Below are positions 14,031 to 21,283 of a stretch of DNA of 21,283 nucleotides, in pieces. Positions within the stretch are counted from its first letter, which is position 1. Every line of letters starts with the position of its first letter. The DNA is taken from contig JAHLVW010000048.1 of NCBI GenBank assembly GCA_019058275.1, positions 1 through 21,283 on the forward strand, read 5' to 3'. The DNA comes from Candidatus Heimdallarchaeota archaeon. Its GTDB lineage: Archaea; Asgardarchaeota; Heimdallarchaeia; JABLTI01. The notes beneath the pieces are model-generated. The model saw only the letters and a list, made by a program, of their open reading frames with translations, did no database searches and was not told the DNA's origin. Both the position numbers and the translations under genes were made by a program.

Positions 14031-16919
14031 TTGATCTTGGTGGGAAAAGAGAAGATTAAAAAAGGAAAATCAGGATTAGGTAACTTTCTTAAAATCTATC
14101 TAAAGAATACTAAAAGAAATGTATTAGTTAATATTATTACGAGTGCAATAATCTTCTCAGTAATAGCTTCCATTTTCTTTATATGGAATGCTGAAAAAAA
14201 TGATAACTTAATTGATCACTTATCTGATACGTCAATTTGGTCTTCTGATAATAAATTCAGTGTTTCATATAGTACCATCAAAGAAAATTATAATGCAAAT
14301 TATAGTCCAACATACCTTGATGACATGGCATTAGAAATCAAAGGACAAATAAATTCGATATATCAGACATCACTGATTAACAATAATTTTTCTGGTTTGA
14401 TGAGTCTTGAAGTGTATGCTTTTAATGACACAGTACCAAGTGGTATTCATGGAGATTACCTAACATTCACATCAAATGTTGATAACATCCTTAACCAGAG
14501 TCTTGTATCTGGTCGTTTACCTGAAAATAATTCTGAGATTTTATTTCTTTATCAAGAAAATTCTACATATAATTTCGAATTAAACAGTCAAATCACTCTA
14601 AAATTAGGTCGTTATGAAGACATTCAGAAGAATTTTACTATAAGCGGTATAGTTAAAGATTTATCTGGGAATTTAACATCAAATGGTTTATCAAGTGAAA
14701 TTTTAAACTGGCATGAGAATATAGAAAACTGGCGATATATGTATTCATCTGAAATTAGCTTCATTTCAATGCCGCCAAGCTATTTTTTGAATTTAAACGA
14801 GTTTTCCACAATTGATTATGGTCGTGCAGTTGTTATTGATTATAATTATGATACAACTAATATTAATGCTCCAAAATTAGTTAGTTATATTTCTAAACAT
14901 CAAAAATTAATTAATGGTGAAATTAAGCTTGAAACTGAACCAAGTGAATTCCTAGTAATTTGCAATGATCTTTATGATACACTATCATTGTTTGTGGTTA
15001 CTCAATTAATTGAAACTATAAAGATAATTACCCTAATTTTCCCCTTAATCTTATCTGCATATATTCTTATCAATGAGATTTCGGGTTTTGGCAAAGTTAC
15101 ATCAATTTCAACACTTAATAAATTCAAAATAATAGGCAAAAACAATAAGGAATTAAGGAATATAGTACTTTACAAAAACCTAATTGTTTTTTCATTCGGA
15201 TCAACATTTGGCTTGATATTAGGTTTCTTTGTTAGCTATTCAGTTAAAGCAATCTATTATCAAAATGTTACACTAGCTAACTTTATGCTTACAATTATTG
15301 ATACATTTTTCTTACTGTTTACAATTACATCCTTTGTATTAATTCTTTTTAGTGGTTTATTTAAAGAAATAAAATTGCTTAATAATCTCAAAGATGAAAA
15401 TCTAAAGCTAAATGATCCAAGTAAAATTGAAAAGAAGAATCGGATTTTTAAATTACCTGAATTACTGGTACTAACTTTTGGTTTAGTGTTGGTAATTCCA
15501 AGCTCAATAATTTTTTCAAGAAGTTCAATTCAAAACCCGACAATTGTAGATACTAGTTTTTTAACCCAAAATGTAATTTCAATTATAGCCTTTATTATAT
15601 TATATTTTGGCGCTTTTCTATGTATTATTATAGTTATTATAATTATAAATCGATTAATTGTCCGATTATTTGATATTATAAATCGGGATAATTGGCCTTA
15701 TAAAAAGAATATTTTTACTTATATCGTAAAGAATATTTCAACATCAAAAGAAATTTACTCAAAAGTAATGTTTCTTACATTCTTAATTTCATTTGGATTA
15801 ACTCCAGGCTTAACTATAACTAAATCTGTTAATAATCATATATCATTAGAAAGCAAATTGGCAACTGGATGCTCTGACATCATTATAAATAATTGGGATA
15901 AAAATCCTATTCCAACATCAATTATCGAGGGTATTAATGGAATTGATAATGTTACATTTATTACAATTTACTATATTCATCATCACTTAGGAACAAGGAA
16001 TATCATAATTAATATGGCTGCAATACATAATTTAGAAGAATTCATAGCTATAGCAAATATAGAAGAATTAGGGAAGATAGCATATACAGAAGATGATATT
16101 AAAAGATTGGAAAATAACCTTTCATATTTGATGGAGAAAAAATTTGCTAAGAAGTACAATTATGATAAAGGCACCACCATCCTAAGCAATAATTTCTTTG
16201 GACCAAAGTCAAAAATAGTCTTTCTTAATTTCGCAGGTTATTTTGAATATTTTCCAACATTACCTGTTCCAATTAATGATGATTATGATCCTTACTCATT
16301 AACGTCAACCAACAGTATAGTTACTTCGTTAAATACAGCCTTATTGCTTGAAGAGTCTGCTACGATTTCTCATGAGAAGGAAATTAAAATACTGGTAAAA
16401 ACATCACGAAATAATAATTCACAACAAGTATGTGATTATCTAATTAACAATTATAATCTGGAAGCATTCACTGAAGAAAGCATTGCACAAATAATTACAA
16501 TAAATACAAATTCATTTTTCATCAAAGTTACACTATTGCTATCTTTCCTACAAATTATGATATCAATAATTTTTGGTTTGATTGTTTCCAAAAGTATATA
16601 CCAAGAAAGATTAGCAATGGTAGAAATTGAATATAGAATTGGTATCAGTAAAAGAAAGATCAGCAACCGTTTAGTACTTGAGATCATATTATTGGTATTC
16701 ATTCCACTAGTTTGTTCAATAATTAGTAGTACTATTTTAGTTTCTAGAATGGCAAGGTCTCTTATACAGATAATTCAGGAATATTTGAACTTTAGTTTAT
16801 GGTTACCCTGGTGGATGATTGTAGTGATTTTCTTATTTTCATCATTTTTGATAATTTGTAGTACTTTCCTTGGAATTGAATCACAATTAAAGAAATATAA
16901 ACCAGTTAAAACAGAATAG
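14031..16919 (+). CDS. ABC transporter permease, FtsX/MacB-like (duplicated topology)
   Basis: TM, large extracellular domain (LVSGRLPENNSEI), TM bundle, second extracellular domain and C-terminal TMs (QER...RIGISK); upstream of the ABC ATPase. Confidence 0.85.
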   Translation: MILVGKEKIKKGKSGLGNFLKIYLKNTKRNVLVNIITSAIIFSVIASIFFIWNAEKNDNLIDHLSDTSIWSSDNKFSVSYSTIKENYNANYSPTYLDDMALEIKGQINSIYQTSLINNNFSGLMSLEVYAFNDTVPSGIHGDYLTFTSNVDNILNQSLVSGRLPENNSEILFLYQENSTYNFELNSQITLKLGRYEDIQKNFTISGIVKDLSGNLTSNGLSSEILNWHENIENWRYMYSSEISFISMPPSYFLNLNEFSTIDYGRAVVIDYNYDTTNINAPKLVSYISKHQKLINGEIKLETEPSEFLVICNDLYDTLSLFVVTQLIETIKIITLIFPLILSAYILINEISGFGKVTSISTLNKFKIIGKNNKELRNIVLYKNLIVFSFGSTFGLILGFFVSYSVKAIYYQNVTLANFMLTIIDTFFLLFTITSFVLILFSGLFKEIKLLNNLKDENLKLNDPSKIEKKNRIFKLPELLVLTFGLVLVIPSSIIFSRSSIQNPTIVDTSFLTQNVISIIAFIILYFGAFLCIIIVIIIINRLIVRLFDIINRDNWPYKKNIFTYIVKNISTSKEIYSKVMFLTFLISFGLTPGLTITKSVNNHISLESKLATGCSDIIINNWDKNPIPTSIIEGINGIDNVTFITIYYIHHHLGTRNIIINMAAIHNLEEFIAIANIEELGKIAYTEDDIKRLENNLSYLMEKKFAKKYNYDKGTTILSNNFFGPKSKIVFLNFAGYFEYFPTLPVPINDDYDPYSLTSTNSIVTSLNTALLLEESATISHEKEIKILVKTSRNNNSQQVCDYLINNYNLEAFTEESIAQIITINTNSFFIKVTLLLSFLQIMISIIFGLIVSKSIYQERLAMVEIEYRIGISKRKISNRLVLEIILLVFIPLVCSIISSTILVSRMARSLIQIIQEYLNFSLWLPWWMIVVIFLFSSFLIICSTFLGIESQLKKYKPVKTE

Positions 16920-16934
16920 GAGAATAAAAAGAAG

Positions 16935-19877
16935 ATGTTTAGAGACAATAAAGAAGATAGAAAACAAAAAATTTCAAATAAGGATGTTTTGAGATTATAT
17001 TTTAGAATTCGAAAACAAAGATTGATTCTTTCTCTAATTGTCTGTACATTTACAATCATTTTAATGGTTTCAATAATGTTTAGTTGGAATTCATACAAAA
17101 TCACTTCTTTTAAACAATATTTAGATGAAAATGGCAATTGGTATAACGATAAAAAAGTTATATTGAATGCTTTTGGTGGCTCAGATGTTGTCCATATAGA
17201 TTACAATTATCTTAATGATTTATCTAGCTATATTGTTAATGGTATAAATAGAAATACATTAGATGGAATTGTTAAAGATCATACAAGTTTGCAATCAATT
17301 ATGTTACTAGAGAGTTTAAACAATCCATTTTTTAGTATAGAATTATTTGATAATTATACTTATGAATTATTAGAAGAGGGATTAATTGAAGGAAGAATGC
17401 CAGCTAATTCATTAGAGTTAGTTTATTTTAAAGAAAGCAATGACAATGGTATCAACTTAAATGATAATTTAACCCTTTTTGCTACAGATTATTATGTGGG
17501 ACCAAAACAAACATTCCAAGTTGTAGGAATTATAGAAAACTTGACATCTGTCTTTACAGAAAATGAAAAATCAATAGATATTCTTGACTGGGAAGATAAC
17601 TATGTTACAGATTCATCATATTTGAACATTGAAATAGCTTCAAAATTATTTTCAACACCAGAATTTTTCTATTCACTATTCAGTGAATTTTCTGAGACTT
17701 ATCCATATGGCTATACTTTAATTGATATAGAATATGATAATTCAATTATTAGCAATAAGAAACTTCCAAAAATAATTACTAGAATTAATCATTATATTAA
17801 TGATCCAATAACTGGAATCTCTAAAATCCATTATAATGATTTATATCCGAGTAAGAATTTACAAATTGAATACACTATTGATTGGTGTCAACAATTAAAC
17901 TCACTTAGTTTGAATTATAAAGAGAAATCCCTCCATGAGACTGCTAGGATAATAGCGATTCTAGTTCCTACCATCTCATTGCTCTTCTTCCTAATTTTTG
18001 AAATATTAGGTTTTGATAAAAAAACATTACGAATTACATATCAAAAATTCAATAGTTTTGGTTTCAATATAAGAACAATAGGAAAATTAGTCTCAATAGA
18101 AAATCTTGTGCTAGTTAGTTTAAGCTTGGTAATTGGAATTATTCTAAGTTTGATATGTGGACCCTTGTTAAATATCATTTTGGGAATCAATTTAACATTT
18201 AGCACATATATTACAGCAATAAGTAATCCATTGAATTACATTTTGTTAACAATATATCTAAGTTTTGTTTTCATTGCTAGTTACTTTTACCAAACAAAAC
18301 TAGCAAAAGAGACAATAATTGACAGATCTAAGCAAACATCTGGATTCAAGGAAAAGTTTAGAGATTTCGCAACAAAGTTTGAAGTAAGAATTCTAGTTAT
18401 AGGATTGATATTACAATTAATTGGAATTTTGCTTCTGTTCTTATCTCAGATGGTTATAGATATAATGTATAACTATAAGATCTACCAGTCTCTTTTTGGT
18501 TTCTCGTTAGTTTTACTTTCCTCTGGATTTCTTCTTGAATTCTTTTTAGTTCTAAGTATTCTGTCAAAATTATTTACGTTAATTATTTCAAAAATAAGTG
18601 AATTACAATGGCATGCAGTAAAAAGAAACAAACTAAGTTTAATACTAAAAGAATTTTCTGTTAATCGTAAAGAGTATCATAGAATGTTTATGATTTTAAT
18701 GCTATTTTCAATATGTTTCTTGCCTGGTATACTAATAAATGATAATCTTAATAATTACGCAAATTTTGAACATTCTTTAGAATTAGGTTGTTGTGATATA
18801 AAAATCATAAATTGGGAGTATAATAATAGTTTATACAATGAAATTAATACCATTGATGGAATAGAATCAACAACAATAATCACCAATTATGTTTTTGAAT
18901 TTGAAGGGTCTTATCATAATATTCTACCTGAACTTTATGGTGTTGTTAATGTCCTTGCCATTCATAATTCGACAAGTTTTATTGAGACAGTAAATCTGGA
19001 ACTGTGTTTTGGTGAAACAAATAATGTAATAGCTGATATACAGAATTTATCTAGAACAAACTCTTATCTTTTAACAAGCTTAAATTTACAAAACAAGTTA
19101 ATTCTTAATCAATATAATTTGACTAACTCTGATGTTACTGGTAATGCAAATTATGAGTATGATATGAACTACATTAATTCTTATGATTATTTCCCAGCTG
19201 CAATTTCGAATTATAAAAAACTATCAAAGGGGAAAGTATTATATGATTATGAATTTGATATTATCAATTCATTTGGAATTATTACAAGTAGAGAAACTGC
19301 AAACACTTTGAAATATTTCGATCCTGATACCCTATCTAGTGAAACGGGAAGTATTCTTGTTAAAACTTCAAATGGTGCTAACAATACTGAAATAATAAAC
19401 AATCTAACAAATCTTGGTTTGGAACCAATTACAGCTAGTAACCTCATAGCTGAAAAAGATTTCCAAGCCAAGTACATATCATTTATCCTAATACTAAATG
19501 CAGTAATTATAACTGTAGTTATATTATTTATTGGATTTACAACTGCTTGGAATATCTATTCAGAAAGACTTGACCTTACTGAAACATATTATCGAATTGG
19601 ACTAAATAAACTAAAAATATGGTTTAATTTCTTTCTTGAGATAACTCTTGTATCATTAGTACCAATTATCATCTCGGTACCAATTTCAATTTATCTAATT
19701 GAAGTTGTCTCGAAATTCCTTTTAAGAAATACAATAGAATACCATACTTTCACACTTGACTTGCATTGGTGGTTTATCATTGTTTCAATTATTGTTCAGA
19801 TGGTACTTCTACAACTGGGATGGAATAGTATTCTAGCTTATAAGATAAAACAATACAAACCAATAAAGCAGGTATAA
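16935..19877 (+). CDS. ABC transporter permease, FtsX/MacB-like, paralog of the preceding gene
   Basis: LIEGRMPANSLEL, LGCCDIKI (versus TGCSDIII), SER...RIGLNK, C-terminal YKPIKQ (versus YKPVKT). Confidence 0.85.
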   Translation: MFRDNKEDRKQKISNKDVLRLYFRIRKQRLILSLIVCTFTIILMVSIMFSWNSYKITSFKQYLDENGNWYNDKKVILNAFGGSDVVHIDYNYLNDLSSYIVNGINRNTLDGIVKDHTSLQSIMLLESLNNPFFSIELFDNYTYELLEEGLIEGRMPANSLELVYFKESNDNGINLNDNLTLFATDYYVGPKQTFQVVGIIENLTSVFTENEKSIDILDWEDNYVTDSSYLNIEIASKLFSTPEFFYSLFSEFSETYPYGYTLIDIEYDNSIISNKKLPKIITRINHYINDPITGISKIHYNDLYPSKNLQIEYTIDWCQQLNSLSLNYKEKSLHETARIIAILVPTISLLFFLIFEILGFDKKTLRITYQKFNSFGFNIRTIGKLVSIENLVLVSLSLVIGIILSLICGPLLNIILGINLTFSTYITAISNPLNYILLTIYLSFVFIASYFYQTKLAKETIIDRSKQTSGFKEKFRDFATKFEVRILVIGLILQLIGILLLFLSQMVIDIMYNYKIYQSLFGFSLVLLSSGFLLEFFLVLSILSKLFTLIISKISELQWHAVKRNKLSLILKEFSVNRKEYHRMFMILMLFSICFLPGILINDNLNNYANFEHSLELGCCDIKIINWEYNNSLYNEINTIDGIESTTIITNYVFEFEGSYHNILPELYGVVNVLAIHNSTSFIETVNLELCFGETNNVIADIQNLSRTNSYLLTSLNLQNKLILNQYNLTNSDVTGNANYEYDMNYINSYDYFPAAISNYKKLSKGKVLYDYEFDIINSFGIITSRETANTLKYFDPDTLSSETGSILVKTSNGANNTEIINNLTNLGLEPITASNLIAEKDFQAKYISFILILNAVIITVVILFIGFTTAWNIYSERLDLTETYYRIGLNKLKIWFNFFLEITLVSLVPIIISVPISIYLIEVVSKFLLRNTIEYHTFTLDLHWWFIIVSIIVQMVLLQLGWNSILAYKIKQYKPIKQV

Positions 19878-19880
19878 GAA

Positions 19881-21283
19881 ATGATCGAATGCATTGATGT
19901 AATAAAAATATACACTGATAGAAAAAGTTCAACACAAGTACCAGCATTAAGAGGATGTGATTTACTTGTGAATGATGGAGAGTTAATTTCGATTATCGGT
20001 CCAAGTGGTTCTGGAAAAACAACACTAATCAATATTCTATCAGGATTGGAATCAATCTCGAGTGGATTTGTGAGGGTTAATAATTTCACCGTTTCAAATA
20101 TGGTAAAAGAGAAACTGAATGATTATAGAATGAGGGTAATAAGTATAGTGGATCAATTTCCTGAACGAACCTTGTTCTTGAATGCTACAGTAAAAGAAAA
20201 TATTGATTTTGCATATTCATTAAAACATGGGTTTTCAATAACCACAGGGGAATTTAAACAGAAAGTCTTGGTTGACTTAGGAATTGATCATCTAACTGAC
20301 CGAATAGTCAAAACACTATCCGGAGGAGAAATGACCCGATTAGCTATTGCTTGTGCTATTATTAGAAGATGCCCAATAATGTTATGTGATGAACCCACAG
20401 GGCAACTTGATACTGAGAATACTAATCGAGTTAAAAGAATATTCTGGGAAATTGTTGAAAAATACAAGACAACAATTATAGTAGTAACACATGATTTACG
20501 ATTTATAAAAGATGTTGATAAAACATATGAAATTATTGATGGAAGAATTTCATCTGTACTATCAAAAGAAGAACGAAAAAGAAAGCAAGAATTTCCATTA
20601 ACAATTAGCAGTTATATTGACTCTACAAAAAGCACAAGAATCCCTGAACTAATTTATGATTCATTAAAGCTAGATAAGAAAATAGATTATCAAATTACTA
20701 AAGATGGAGTAATTAAACTTCTTAATCCCTCTGGGTATCAACCAGAAGAAATTCAAATCAAACCAAAGAAAACAGCTATACAAATACTGGATATAAAACC
20801 TTTACCTAAGAACTACTCCTCAGATAAAGAATTAATTATTCAACTTTCAGCTGTAAATAAAACATACATTCAAAACAAGTTGGAAATTCCAGCATTAGAT
20901 GTAACAGATTTGAATATATACAAAAACGAACTTGTTTTTATATTAGGTCCAAGTGGTTCCGGGAAAACGACATTGTTAAAAGTGATAACTGGTTTAGAAC
21001 CTTGTACAAGTGGAACAATAACTGTTTTAGATGAAAGAATTGATCTACTTGATGATAATCAAAGAGCAGACTTTAGGATGAAGAGTTTTGGCATTCTATC
21101 ACAACAAGGCAATATGCATTCATATCTCTCGATTGAAGATAACCTTAGCATTAAAGATATTTACAAGACTAGTCAAACAAAAGTCTCTAAGAAAGATAAA
21201 AAGGAACTACTAAATAACTTCAATATCTTTCATAAACGAAGAGCTTTTCCATTAAATTTATCTGGTGGGGAATTACAAAGAGC
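19881..21283 (+). CDS. LolD/MacB-type ABC ATP-binding protein with two tandem ATPase domains, truncated by the window edge (absent from the ORF track)
   Basis: Translated from ATG 19881: MIECIDVIKIY...GPSGSGKTT...LSGGE...LCDEPTGQLD...VTHD, a linker, then a second GPSGSGKTT...LSGGELQR at the edge. Confidence 0.93.
   Translation, partial: MIECIDVIKIYTDRKSSTQVPALRGCDLLVNDGELISIIGPSGSGKTTLINILSGLESISSGFVRVNNFTVSNMVKEKLNDYRMRVISIVDQFPERTLFLNATVKENIDFAYSLKHGFSITTGEFKQKVLVDLGIDHLTDRIVKTLSGGEMTRLAIACAIIRRCPIMLCDEPTGQLDTENTNRVKRIFWEIVEKYKTTIIVVTHDLRFIKDVDKTYEIIDGRISSVLSKEERKRKQEFPLTISSYIDSTKSTRIPELIYDSLKLDKKIDYQITKDGVIKLLNPSGYQPEEIQIKPKKTAIQILDIKPLPKNYSSDKELIIQLSAVNKTYIQNKLEIPALDVTDLNIYKNELVFILGPSGSGKTTLLKVITGLEPCTSGTITVLDERIDLLDDNQRADFRMKSFGILSQQGNMHSYLSIEDNLSIKDIYKTSQTKVSKKDKKELLNNFNIFHKRRAFPLNLSGGELQR

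Noticed and set aside
1068-20089. Short antisense or overlapping ORFs (1068, 1389, 2564, 5675, 7150, 8288, 8312, 8882, 11610, 12606, 16451, 16775, 19247, 19838)
   Set aside because: They overlap well-supported genes on the other strand or frame and have no recognisable motifs.

Overview
AT-rich window, probably archaeal. An Asgard/Heimdallarchaeia-like origin is inferred only from gene content and style (NosD beta-helix and FG-GAP-like exported proteins, paired large FtsX permeases, BRE/TATA-like promoters). The left ~13.9 kb is an accessory array. Ten copies of a ~50% GC, imperfectly palindromic repeat (full form ~91 bp, near-invariant core CACTTCTTCTTTAAG) all lie in the same orientation, in intergenic gaps or touching gene ends. 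They divide the region into 0.5-4.9 kb units, mostly of one gene or one operon. The cargo is a Zn-finger/SAM methyltransferase, a NosD-type protein, two paralogous exported proteins, a regulator-containing block, a HEPN-motif protein, HicAB, MNT-HEPN, small membrane proteins and an SDR. The layout resembles an integron cassette array, but the repeats lack canonical attC boxes, have two alternative left arms and are truncated to different extents on the right. No recombinase lies in the window. Several cargo genes carry frameshifts or an in-frame stop. The right ~7.3 kb is an intact MacB/LolCDE-type ABC operon: two FtsX-type permeases plus a double-ATPase gene that runs off the edge and is missing from the ORF track.
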